Of a DNA stretch of 64,000 nucleotides, positions 17,135 to 25,394 are shown one piece after another (position 1 is the stretch's first letter; each line of letters opens with the position of its first letter). The translations under genes and the position numbers were made by a program. The stretch lies in the NCBI GenBank assembly GCA_963696935.1, contig CAVOMB010000061.1, positions 8,089-72,088 on the forward strand. Reading direction: 5' to 3'. The notes beneath the pieces were generated by a model that ran no database searches, was not told the DNA's origin, and was given only the letters and a program-made list of their open reading frames with translations. This stretch comes from an uncultured Thermoleophilia bacterium. Its GTDB lineage: Bacteria; Actinomycetota; Thermoleophilia; UBA2241.

Positions 17135-18181
17135 ATGACCGTCGGAGAAGTCTTCTCGAAGGCCTTCGAGCTGTGGAAGAAGGACGTGCTCTGGCTGATC
17201 CTCGCCGCGCTCGTCGTGGGGCTCGTCATCGCCGTCATCATGGGCCTCATGCTCGCCATCGTGTTCGGCGTCGCGCTCGGCGGGGTGGGCCTCGGCTACA
17301 ACTCGGCCACCAACAGCATGAGCGGAGTCGGCGCCGGAATGATCGGCCTGGCCGTCGTGGCCTACGTCGTCGGGCTGTTCCTCATCATGGTGCTGGGCAT
17401 GACGTTCCACGGCGGCATCTTCGAGATGGTCATCGGCGCAGCCCGGAAGAACCGGCCGGCACGGTTCGGCGACGTCTTCAGCGGGTTCAAGAAGTTCGGC
17501 GCCTACGCGCTGTTCGCCGTCGTCATGTTCGGCATCGTGCTCGGCCTGACCCTGCTCAACATCATCCCGGTCATTGGTTTCATCGTCATGATCGTCGTGC
17601 TCGTCTGGATCGGGGTCATGTGGCTGTATGTGCTTCCGCTGATCGCCGACAAGGGAATGACGTTCGGCGACGCCCAGCGGCGCAGCCGCGAGATGGTCGG
17701 CGGCGTCGGCTTCTGGAACACGCTCGGGCGCCTGATCCTGCTGCTCGTCGCCATCTGGATCGTCGGCCTCATCATCGCCCTCATCACCGCCGGCCTGAAC
17801 AAGGCGTCCTCGAGCGCCGGCAGCATCGTCGGCGGCCTCCTCCTGATCGTCTTCGAGGTCATCGTCGGCCCGTACGTCGTCTGTTACATCTCGGCGATGT
17901 ACCTGGACTCCGCGGCGCCGGCGCCGGCCGCCGCGGGCGCCTACGGCGCCGCCCCGCCGGCGCCGCCGGCCGCGGGTGCCTTCGCCTCTCCGCCCGCCCC
18001 GCCGGCGCCGCCGGCCGCACCGGTCACGCCTCCGGCGACACCAGCGGCAGCCCCTGCCGACACCGCCCAGACCGCGGTGACCGAGGCCGCCGGTGATGCG
18101 GCCCCCGACGCGCCGGCCGTGCCCGAGATCCCGCCGGCGCCGCCGGCGAGCTCTCCGCCGCCTCCGCCGCCGCTCGCCTGA
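17135..18181 (+). CDS. Polytopic membrane protein with proline-rich C-terminal tail
   Basis: 348-aa ORF with about 6 hydrophobic helices. The tail reads ...PPAPPAPPAAPVTPP...PEIPPAPPASSPPPPPPLA. No family assignment beyond a DUF975-like topology. Confidence 0.65.
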   Translation: MTVGEVFSKAFELWKKDVLWLILAALVVGLVIAVIMGLMLAIVFGVALGGVGLGYNSATNSMSGVGAGMIGLAVVAYVVGLFLIMVLGMTFHGGIFEMVIGAARKNRPARFGDVFSGFKKFGAYALFAVVMFGIVLGLTLLNIIPVIGFIVMIVVLVWIGVMWLYVLPLIADKGMTFGDAQRRSREMVGGVGFWNTLGRLILLLVAIWIVGLIIALITAGLNKASSSAGSIVGGLLLIVFEVIVGPYVVCYISAMYLDSAAPAPAAAGAYGAAPPAPPAAGAFASPPAPPAPPAAPVTPPATPAAAPADTAQTAVTEAAGDAAPDAPAVPEIPPAPPASSPPPPPPLA

Positions 18182-18185
18182 GGCG
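18121..18185 (+). repeat. 65-nt direct repeat, copy 1 (encodes the shared C-terminal tail plus stop)
   Basis: gcccgagatcccgccggcgccgccggcgagctctccgccgcctccgccgccgctcgcctgaggcg differs at 2 positions from 19099-19163. Confidence 0.9.
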
Positions 18186-18349
18186 ACGCAGAGCACGCCC
18201 ACCGCGAGCAGCGGGGGCCGCATCAGCGGCCCGCTCTTCGCCGGTCGGCTCCTAGCGCGCCGTGCGCGGGCACGCAGGAGCACGACGCGCGCTAGGGAAC
18301 ACCACTCCAACGCCTCGGAGAGGCGCCAAAAGACTCGAGGAGGACTCTG

Positions 18350-19159
18350 ATGGACTCAAACATCACGTACCAGGCGAGCGACGGGCTCGCGGCGGGGGTG
18401 ATGATCGTCATCTGGCTGTTCGCCATCGCGTTAGCCGTCCTGGCGATCATCGGCCTGTGGAAGACGTTCCACAAAGCGGGGCTGCCGGGCTGGGCCGCCA
18501 TCATCCCCTTCTACAACGAATACAACATCGTCAAGATGTCCAACCGGCCCGTCTGGTTCTTCTGGGCCATGCTGGGCTGCAGCCTGTTCGCGTGGATCCC
18601 GGTCCTCGGCTTCATCCTCATCATCGGCCTGACCGTGCTCTGGGTCTTCATAGCGCTCGACATCGCCGCCAACTTCGGCCAAGGTACTGGCTTCGCCATC
18701 CTGCTGATCATCTTCCCGTCGATCATGTTCCTGATCCTCGGATTCGGCAGCGCTCAGTACAACAGAGTGGCGGCTCCCGGCTCGGCCGGATTCGGCTCGC
18801 CGCCCATGCCGGCCAGCGGAGGCTACACCGCTGCTCCGCCGCAGCCGCCGGCCGCGAATACCTACGCCGCTCCGCCGGCCCCTCCGGCGCCGCCGGCTGC
18901 CCCGGTGACGCCCGCCCAGACGGCCGCGGCGCCCGTGACACCCGTGACGCCGACAGCGCCCGTGACGCCTCCAGTCATGCCTCCGGTCACACCGACAGAG
19001 GCTCCGGCCGCCGAGACCGCCGTGACCGAGCCTCCTGCAGCCGCTCCCGAGGCCGCTCCCGAGGCCGCCGATGCGGCGGCCCCCGAAGCCCCCGCCGCGC
19101 CCGAGGTCCCGCCGGCGCCGCCGGCGAGCTCACCGCCGCCTCCGCCGCCGCTCGCCTGA
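18350..19159 (+). CDS. DUF5684-like small membrane protein with proline-rich C-terminal tail
   Basis: WKTFHKAGLPGWAAIIPFYNEYNIVKMSNRPVWFF is the motif I associate with DUF5684. The tail reads ...PPAPPAPPAAPVTP...PEVPPAPPASSPPPPPPLA. Confidence 0.65.
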   Translation: MDSNITYQASDGLAAGVMIVIWLFAIALAVLAIIGLWKTFHKAGLPGWAAIIPFYNEYNIVKMSNRPVWFFWAMLGCSLFAWIPVLGFILIIGLTVLWVFIALDIAANFGQGTGFAILLIIFPSIMFLILGFGSAQYNRVAAPGSAGFGSPPMPASGGYTAAPPQPPAANTYAAPPAPPAPPAAPVTPAQTAAAPVTPVTPTAPVTPPVMPPVTPTEAPAAETAVTEPPAAAPEAAPEAADAAAPEAPAAPEVPPAPPASSPPPPPPLA

Positions 19160-19163
19160 GGCG
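19099..19163 (+). repeat. 65-nt direct repeat, copy 2
   Basis: 63/65 identical to 18121-18185, including the stop codon and 5 nt beyond it. Confidence 0.9.
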
Positions 19164-19183
19164 GGCCACGGAAGGACGGCCGT

Positions 19184-19218
19184 GAAGGGCCGGGGCTGCG
19201 CTGCAGCCCCGGCCCTTC
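19184..19218 (+). terminator. Intrinsic-terminator-like hairpin after the DUF5684-like gene
   Basis: gaagggccggggctgc pairs perfectly with gcagccccggcccttc (16 bp, 3-nt loop), followed by ggcttcc. Confidence 0.55.
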
Positions 19219-19302
19219 GGCTTCCCGGGCCCATGACCGGCAGGCCGGGGCGCGTAGACCAATGGCCTGTTCCGGCAACGGTGCTATGTGGATAGGAATA
19301 AC

Positions 19303-19413
19303 GTGGCCGCCGGCTCAGGCGGTCGAAACGGAGGAGGGGCACAGGACTACATCTTCGCGGAGAGCTGGTCGAACCAGGTCTTCGGGGGCTTCAACGGCTG
19401 CCCCTCCACCTGA
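19303..19413 (+). CDS. Candidate small ORF (36 aa), unknown function
   Basis: VAAGSGGRNGGGAQDYIFAESWSNQVFGGFNGCPST. The last 22 codons all end in G/C and the composition is not the Arg/Ala/Pro-rich junk typical of shadow frames. AGGA lies 5 nt before the GTG. No homology recognised. Confidence 0.2.
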   Translation: MAAGSGGRNGGGAQDYIFAESWSNQVFGGFNGCPST

Positions 19414-19509
19414 GGACATCGCCGCTCGGCGCGGGACGAACCGGGGTCCGTGGAGACCCTTCGCCCGGAGGAGCGGGGGTAGGTATGTCGTCCGGACCCT
19501 GGTGCCTCC

Positions 19510-19545
19510 GATGGCGCCATTGTTTGTGCCAACAATGGCGCCATC
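19510..19545. repeat. Perfect 15-bp inverted repeat with 6-nt loop
   Basis: gatggcgccattgtt (19510-19524), then tgtgcc, then aacaatggcgccatc (19531-19545). Locally AT-rich, in a 525-bp convergent intergenic region. Confidence 0.9.
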
Positions 19546-19685
19546 CAAGGCTCCTACCCCCGAACGACATACCCCCCCGCCCCGGTCCCGGCTACCCGAG
19601 GGTCCGAACCGCCGCCGGAGCACATTGATGCGCAGCCGCCCTACCGCCGCTCGCGCGCGCGTCGGTGCGCCGGAACGCCGGGACG

Positions 19686-21158
19686 TCAGTGCGCCGGCGC
19701 GCCCGGGGCCGGCTCGTGCGGGCCGCGTGTGAGCGAGACGGCCGCGCCGATCAGCGCCAGCGCGGCGCCGGTCAGCATCGCGTACTGATAGCCGGTCGCG
19801 TAGGCGCTCACCGCGTGGGCGGCCACGGCGCCGCCACCGCCTCCGTGAGTGAGCAGCAGACGCCCGCCCACCGCGCCCAGCTGACTGGCCGCGATGCCGC
19901 CGAGCAGCGCGACGCTGAGCGCCTGCCCAGAGGTCCGCATGGTGCTGAGGAAGGCGCTGGCCTGGCTGAGCTGATCCCGCCGGACGCTGCCCATGACGGC
20001 CGACGTATTGGGCGCGCTGAACGCCGCCATGCCCAGTCCGACGACGACTAGGGCGCCGGCCACGTGCCACAGTGGCGCGGTCGCGCTGATGAAGGCGAGC
20101 AGGACCATGCCGGCGGCGAGGGCCACCATGCCGCCGGTGGCGAGCACGCGCGAGCCGATGCGGTCGCTCAGACGGCCGCTGAACGGGCTGAGAGCGGCCA
20201 TCAGCAGCGGCTGGCTCAGCAGCAGCCAGCCGGTCAGCGAAGCGGAGCGGCCCTGGACGAGCTCGAGGAAGATGGCGGTCAGCAGGCCGATGCCGTACAG
20301 CGCCATGTAGTTCAGCAGGGCCGCGGTGTTGGCGGCGGCGAACAGCCGGTTCTTGAGGACGAGGTCGAGGTCGAGGATCGGTGACTCGACCCGCCGCTCG
20401 TGGAATATGAAGGCGACCAGGGACACCGCCGAGAGCGCCAGCAGGCCGATGGTCGCCGGAGAGGCCCAGCCCCACTGCACCGAGAACGTCAGCGGAACCA
20501 GCAGGCAGACCAGGAAGGCTCCGAGGAGCACCGAGCCGAACCAGTCCAGGCGGGGACCGCTTTCGCGCTCGCTGCGCGGCAGCATGAACCAGCCCCAGAG
20601 CAGCACGATGATGCCGATGGGGATGTTGATGAGGAAGATCCAGCGCCAGCCGACGGCATCGGTGATGAAGCCGCCGAGCGGAGGGCCGACCGTCAGGCCG
20701 ATGTACACGGCCATCACGTTGATGCCGAGGGCGCGACCGCGTTCGTTGGGGGGGAAGACCGCCGTGACGATCGCCGCCGACGTAGCGCCCATGAAGGCAG
20801 CCCCCCCACCTTGGATGATGCGCGACACGATGAGCCAGGCGTCGTTCATGCTGGCCGCGCACAGGATGGAGGCGAACGTGAACACGGTGATGCCGAACAG
20901 GTAGTAGCGCACGAGGCCGTGCTGGTCGGCGAGACGGCCGGCCGGGATGAGCAGGACTGCCGTCGTCAGCAGGAACGCGGCCGAGACCCACACCGCGGCC
21001 GTGAAGCTCAGGTGCAGGTCCTTCCCCATCACGGGGAGGGCGACGCTGACGATGGAGCCGTCCAGCGGTACCATGAAGGCGCCGACGGACGTCAGCGCCA
21101 GCAGTTGCCAGCGGCGCCGGTGAAGATCCTCGTCGGTGATGCGTTTGATGAGTGCCAC
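19686..21158 (-). CDS. MFS transporter, DHA2/EmrB-like (14-TMS type)
   Basis: LDGSIVSVALPVMGKDL, GRLADQHG, and IIQGGGAAFMGATSAAIV match the family, and the length is about 490 aa. GTG at 21158 lies 14 nt after the upstream gene's TGA. The track ORF extension overlaps that gene. Confidence 0.85.
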   Translation of the reverse strand: MALIKRITDEDLHRRRWQLLALTSVGAFMVPLDGSIVSVALPVMGKDLHLSFTAAVWVSAAFLLTTAVLLIPAGRLADQHGLVRYYLFGITVFTFASILCAASMNDAWLIVSRIIQGGGAAFMGATSAAIVTAVFPPNERGRALGINVMAVYIGLTVGPPLGGFITDAVGWRWIFLINIPIGIIVLLWGWFMLPRSERESGPRLDWFGSVLLGAFLVCLLVPLTFSVQWGWASPATIGLLALSAVSLVAFIFHERRVESPILDLDLVLKNRLFAAANTAALLNYMALYGIGLLTAIFLELVQGRSASLTGWLLLSQPLLMAALSPFSGRLSDRIGSRVLATGGMVALAAGMVLLAFISATAPLWHVAGALVVVGLGMAAFSAPNTSAVMGSVRRDQLSQASAFLSTMRTSGQALSVALLGGIAASQLGAVGGRLLLTHGGGGGAVAAHAVSAYATGYQYAMLTGAALALIGAAVSLTRGPHEPAPGAPAH

Positions 21159-21172
21159 GAGCGCGGCCGCCC

Positions 21173-21841
21173 TCAGGAGACCCAGGACACGAGCTCGTCC
21201 AGGGCGGCGCGCGAACGCGCGAAGGTATTGGCCGCCGCCTCGAGATCCGGATGCCCGAGTGTGACCGCGACGACCATGCGCTTCTCCTCGGATCCCGGCA
21301 GCAGCGAGCGCAGGATGCCCGGATACCGCACGAGGGTCGTGGTGATGCACGTGCCGAGTCCCTTGTCGTAGGCGGCGAGGCACACGCTCTGCACGAACGA
21401 CGCGGTGTCGTAGCTGGCGGACGCATCGACAAGACAGTTCTCGAAACCGAAGACGAGCAGAACGGGTGCGCCGAAGCAGTCGGCCATGCGCGCCATCGAG
21501 GCGGCCGGGCCTGAGGCTTCACCGGCCGCCTCGAGGGTCGCCGTCCGCGACTTCATGAGGGCGACCGCTCGGGCCGAGCACGCACCGGGCCAGTCGGGAG
21601 TCGGCGTGCCCGGCAGGTCGTGCGCGTCCGCCTCTTCGCGCTCGACGGCGGCCTTGAAAGCGGTCTTGAAGCGCTCGAGGGCCTGTCCCGTGACGGCCCA
21701 GACGTTCCACGCCTGCGTGTTGCGCGACGACGGCGCCCAGCGCGCCTCGTCGAGGATCTCGCGGATGAGGTCCTGCGGGACCGGCTCGGTGGTATAGGCG
21801 CGGATACTGCGGCGCCCGCGGATGACGTCCTCGAACTCCAT
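21173..21841 (-). CDS. Nitroreductase-family flavoprotein
   Basis: MEFEDVIRGRRSIRAYTTEPVPQDLIREILDEARWAPSSRNTQAWNVWAV. ATG at 21841 is preceded by AAGGAG. Confidence 0.85.
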   Translation of the reverse strand: MEFEDVIRGRRSIRAYTTEPVPQDLIREILDEARWAPSSRNTQAWNVWAVTGQALERFKTAFKAAVEREEADAHDLPGTPTPDWPGACSARAVALMKSRTATLEAAGEASGPAASMARMADCFGAPVLLVFGFENCLVDASASYDTASFVQSVCLAAYDKGLGTCITTTLVRYPGILRSLLPGSEEKRMVVAVTLGHPDLEAAANTFARSRAALDELVSWVS

Positions 21842-21919
21842 CGTGAGTCGCTCCTTGGTCAGTGATGAGTCTGTGGTGAGCCTACATCGTGCGCGGCCAG
21901 GGTACGACACGCAGGCGAC

Positions 21920-22564
21920 TCATCGCAGCAGCGCTCGCACGACGGACAAGCCACGCGCGGCGTCGTCGCACCAGGCGTCCGCGCCGACCTGGTCGCTCGC
22001 CGTTTGATCCACGGGAGCGCCGCCGATGACGATCGGCAGGCGGCGCTCCCAGCTCGCCGTGCGCTCCCGCACGAAGGCGATGGTCTGCTTCATGCTGTCG
22101 TAGCCCGTGGTCAGCAGGGAGGAGAGGCCCAGCACGTCGGGGCGTTCGCGCTCGACGGCGTCCGCGATCTGCTCCGGGGGCACGTTGACGCCGAGGTCCA
22201 CCATGTCGTAGCCCTCGGCGTCGAAGAGGGCGATGACGATGTTCTTGCCGATGTCGTGGATGTCGCCGCGCACGGTGGCGATGACCATGCTGTGCTCCCG
22301 AGCGGCGTGCGCGGAGATCTCCCTGCGCGGGACGAGGATTCCCGCCGCCTCGCGGAAGATCTCGCCCGCCATGATGAGAGCGGAGATGAAATAGGTGCCT
22401 TCCTCGTACATCTTGCCGACGCGCTCCATGCCCATGCGGCACTCCGCAAGCAGGGTCGCGGGGTCCTCGCCCGCCTCAAGGCGGCGGCGAATGGCGGCGA
22501 TCGCCCCGCGCTCGTCCATCCGCACGATGAGGTCGTCGAGGGTGGTCTCAGGTGTGGCCGTCAC
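21920..22564 (-). CDS. Cobalamin-binding corrinoid protein, type B (copy B1), co-transcribed with a GntR regulator
   Basis: B12-binding_2 cap helix region followed by a Rossmann-like B12-binding domain with DxHxxG (VRGDIHDIGKN) and SSLLTT. GTG start lies 4 nt after the GntR1 stop, with GAGGAG upstream. Confidence 0.85.
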   Translation of the reverse strand: MTATPETTLDDLIVRMDERGAIAAIRRRLEAGEDPATLLAECRMGMERVGKMYEEGTYFISALIMAGEIFREAAGILVPRREISAHAAREHSMVIATVRGDIHDIGKNIVIALFDAEGYDMVDLGVNVPPEQIADAVERERPDVLGLSSLLTTGYDSMKQTIAFVRERTASWERRLPIVIGGAPVDQTASDQVGADAWCDDAARGLSVVRALLR

Positions 22565-22568
22565 GCGA

Positions 22569-23327
22569 TCATCTCCTCGCCTCGCCGGAACCGACGATGC
22601 CGACCGTTGTCGAGAGGCTGAGGCGGTCGGCGCGCCCGACGAAGCGGCCCCAGCTCTCGGGACGGTCCTCGAAATCGTAGAAGAGGTGTTCGAGGATCCA
22701 CGCCGAGGTGCCCGGCCGCTCGTTCAAATAGGCGGCCTCTGCCTTCGTGAAGGCCGACGCATGCAGGGTCAGGCGGCCATACTTGATGTCCGACCCCGCC
22801 GCGCCGGAGAACAGATCCTGCAGCGCGGTCACGCCGAGCTCGGCCTCGACCAGCGGCCGAGCGGGATCGAAGACCAGGTACTCGCTGTGGTAGAAGAGCG
22901 ACTCTTCCCCGCGCCTGAGCAGCCGCTTGATGGAGATGACGCGGTCGTCCTCCCCGACTTCGAGCTTCTCGCGCACCCGCGCCGAAGGCGAGACGATGCG
23001 CGCCTCGATGATGTGCGCCTCGATGTCGGGGTCGGCAAGGTACTGCTTCAGCTCGCGGAGGTCGAAGAGCGCGGTGCCGAGCTGCGGTACCTTGACGAAC
23101 GTCCCGCGACCGTGCTCCGTCACGGCGACGTCCTCGCGCACGAGCTCGGCGATCGCCCTGCGCACGGTCATCGGACTGACGCCGTAGGCGGCGCAGAGCT
23201 CGGCCTCGGACGGCAGGCGGTCCCCGGGCCGATACCCCCCCCGTGCGATGCTCTCGCGGATGCCGCGAGCGAGCTGAGCGTAGGGCGGCTCGAACGAGTC
23301 TCTGTCGATGGGAGCGCTCCGGTTCAC
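22569..23327 (-). CDS. GntR-family transcriptional regulator, HutC subfamily (wHTH + UTRA), copy 1
   Basis: PPYAQLARGIRESIARGGYRPGDRLPSEAELCAAYGVSPMTVRRAIAELV plus a UTRA-like C-terminal domain. Confidence 0.9.
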   Translation of the reverse strand: MNRSAPIDRDSFEPPYAQLARGIRESIARGGYRPGDRLPSEAELCAAYGVSPMTVRRAIAELVREDVAVTEHGRGTFVKVPQLGTALFDLRELKQYLADPDIEAHIIEARIVSPSARVREKLEVGEDDRVISIKRLLRRGEESLFYHSEYLVFDPARPLVEAELGVTALQDLFSGAAGSDIKYGRLTLHASAFTKAEAAYLNERPGTSAWILEHLFYDFEDRPESWGRFVGRADRLSLSTTVGIVGSGEARR

Positions 23328-23356
23328 GTCGCCAATCTAGCACTTCCCTACTTCCC

Positions 23357-23385
23357 TAGACCACTGGGGAATCGTGCGCTATACT
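23357..23385 (+). promoter_or_regulatory. Candidate promoter for the corrinoid-A1/MT1 operon, overlapping a CTAG-containing operator-like site
   Basis: TAGACC (23357-23362), 17-nt spacer, TATACT (23380-23385). The -35 lies inside cCTAGACCACTg, which resembles a HutC/DasR-type half-site. Confidence 0.3.
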
Positions 23386-23462
23386 GCCTCGTACTGGTGT
23401 CGCTGCCAAACGGCGTGCGGCGCAGCGGCGAACGAGTCTAGCACCGTCAGGGAGGCGCAGAG

Positions 23463-24098
23463 ATGTCACGAGAGCTGACCGACGCCATCGTCGGCGTGCG
23501 TGAGGAGGAGGCCCTCGGCCTCGTCAGGAGCATGCTCGACGCCGGCACAGATCCGAAGGCCGTGCTGGACGAGGCCAAGGACGCGATGACCGAGCTCGGG
23601 CGCCGCTTCGAGTGCGAGGAGGCCTTCATCCCCGAGCTCATCATGGGCGGTGAGATCATGAAGAACATCGCCGACGAGCTGAAGCCGCATCTCAAGGGCG
23701 AGAGCGACGACGCCAGGCGTGGCACGGTCGTCATCGGCACCGTGCAGGGCGACATCCACGACATCGGTAAGGACATCGTCGTGATGATGCTCGACGTCAA
23801 CGGATACGAAGTGCACGATCTCGGCGTGGACGTGCCGGCGGACAGGTTCATCACCGAGATCCGCGAGAGCGGCGCCCAGGTCGTCGGCCTCAGCGGTCTG
23901 CTGACGTTGGCCTTCGACTCGATGAAAGCGACCGTCGACGCGATCAGCGCCGCCGGCCTTCGCACTCAGGTCAAGATCATGGTCGGAGGCGCCCCGGCGG
24001 ATGCCCAGGTGCAGGACTACACCGGCGCCGACGGCTGGGGCAACGACGTCGGCCAGGCGCTCAAGCTCTGCGCCGAGTGGACAGGAGGGGAGGCCTGA
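23463..24098 (+). CDS. Cobalamin-binding corrinoid protein, type A (copy A1)
   Basis: EAFIPELIMGGEIM, TVQGDIHDIGKD (DxHxxG), and GLSGLLT match the family. GGGAGG lies upstream. The stop overlaps the MT1 start (TGATG). Confidence 0.9.
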   Translation: MSRELTDAIVGVREEEALGLVRSMLDAGTDPKAVLDEAKDAMTELGRRFECEEAFIPELIMGGEIMKNIADELKPHLKGESDDARRGTVVIGTVQGDIHDIGKDIVVMMLDVNGYEVHDLGVDVPADRFITEIRESGAQVVGLSGLLTLAFDSMKATVDAISAAGLRTQVKIMVGGAPADAQVQDYTGADGWGNDVGQALKLCAEWTGGEA

Positions 24099-25354
24099 TG
24101 AGCCCGACAGGCGAGGAGCTCTACAAGCAGCGCGAGCAGCGTTTCAACGACATCGTCGCGCTCCAGAAGCCGGACCACGTGCCCGTCATCGGTCACAACA
24201 TCCACTACTTCGCCGACCTCTGGAAGGGTCACTCCCGCAAGGAAGCGGGCTACAACCACACCCAGCACTACGCCGCCATCAAGGATGCGACCATCGAGTT
24301 CGGCTGGGAGTTCGTGCCCGCCAACGCGCTGTTCGCAGCCGACGGCTACGAAGCCCTGGGCATCAAGCAGCTGCGCTGGCCCGGCGGCGACCTGCCCGAC
24401 GACGTCGGCTTCCAGTTCGTCGAGGGCGAGTACATGCTCGCCGACGAGTACGATGAGTTCCTGGCCGACCCGAACGGCTTCACGGTCCGGAAGATCTTCC
24501 CGCGCATCGCCGACAACCTGGCGGGGTTCGAGCAGGTGCCGATCCCGCCGCTCTACTTCATGGCCAACACCTACTACCTGCTCAACGTCGGCGGACCGCT
24601 GCTCGGCGCGCCGCCGCTGCGCAAGGCTCTGGAGAGCCTGCTGGCCATGTCCGACGCGGTCGGCAGCTACTTCGCCGCGGACGCCGTCAACGCCCAGGAG
24701 ATGACCGCGCTGGGCTGCCCGCGCACTTGGGGAGCACCCATAATCCCCGCCTTCGACGTGGTCTCGGACATGCTGCGCTCTCTCCGCGGCAGCACGCTGG
24801 ACATGTATCGCCATCCCGACCAGCTGCTCGCCGCCATCGACCTCATACAGCAGGCTCAGATCGGCCTCGCGCTAATGGTCATGCAGGCGACCGGCAACCC
24901 GCGCGTCTTCATCCCGATGCACCGCGGCGCGGGGGGGTTCATGAGCGACGAGCAGTTCGAGAAGTTCTACTGGCCGTCGTTCAAGGGTCTTGTCATGGCG
25001 GTCATCGAGGCCGGCGGCGTGCCCTGCCCTCTCTTCGAGGGCGACTACACGCCGCGCCTCAAGTACCTCGCCGAGCTGCCGGCGGGCAAGGTCGGCGGCC
25101 ACTTCGACAAGGTCGACCGCAGGAAGTTCAAGGAGATCCTTGGCGACAAGATGTGCTTCTGGGGCAACGTGCCGGTCTCGCTCCTGTGCACCGGCACGCC
25201 GCAGCAGGTCAAGGACGACGTCAAGGAACTCATCGACCTCTTCGGCGACACCGGCGCGCTGATCCTCGACTCCGGCCTCGGCATCCCCGACGAGGCGCGG
25301 CCGGAGAACCTGCACGCGATGCGCGAGGCGGCTGAGGAGTACGGCGTTCTGTGA
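24098..25354 (+). CDS. URO-D-superfamily corrinoid-dependent methyltransferase (MtaA/O-demethylase MT-like), copy MT1
   Basis: 418 aa with URO-D-like C-terminal barrel motifs (FIPMHRGAGGFMSDEQFEKFYWPSF..., CFWGNVP, LILDSGLGIPDEARPENL). Translationally coupled to corrinoid protein A1. Confidence 0.8.
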   Translation: MSPTGEELYKQREQRFNDIVALQKPDHVPVIGHNIHYFADLWKGHSRKEAGYNHTQHYAAIKDATIEFGWEFVPANALFAADGYEALGIKQLRWPGGDLPDDVGFQFVEGEYMLADEYDEFLADPNGFTVRKIFPRIADNLAGFEQVPIPPLYFMANTYYLLNVGGPLLGAPPLRKALESLLAMSDAVGSYFAADAVNAQEMTALGCPRTWGAPIIPAFDVVSDMLRSLRGSTLDMYRHPDQLLAAIDLIQQAQIGLALMVMQATGNPRVFIPMHRGAGGFMSDEQFEKFYWPSFKGLVMAVIEAGGVPCPLFEGDYTPRLKYLAELPAGKVGGHFDKVDRRKFKEILGDKMCFWGNVPVSLLCTGTPQQVKDDVKELIDLFGDTGALILDSGLGIPDEARPENLHAMREAAEEYGVL

Positions 25355-25394
25355 TGCTTGCGCGCTTTCCGGGAGTGTGTAGGGTGGCCGCATC

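Noticed and set aside
16940-18310. Upstream 450 codons of the 693-aa ORF 16229-18310
   Set aside because: Only the last 236 codons encode the MBL-fold protein, with an ATG and a strong RBS at 16939. The remainder is an Arg/Asp/Gly-rich antisense shadow of the membrane protein gene at 17135-18181.
19303-19413. Lasso-peptide/RiPP precursor interpretation of the small ORF (Gly start, Glu at core position 9)
   Set aside because: No cyclase, protease or other maturation genes are nearby, and the pattern is easily produced by chance. It is kept only as a low-confidence small ORF.
19262-19732. 156-aa plus-strand ORF and 65-aa minus-strand ORF spanning the palindrome
   Set aside because: Both are Arg/Pro-rich. 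The symmetric peptide segments are a by-product of the inverted repeat, and there are no RBS or homology signals.
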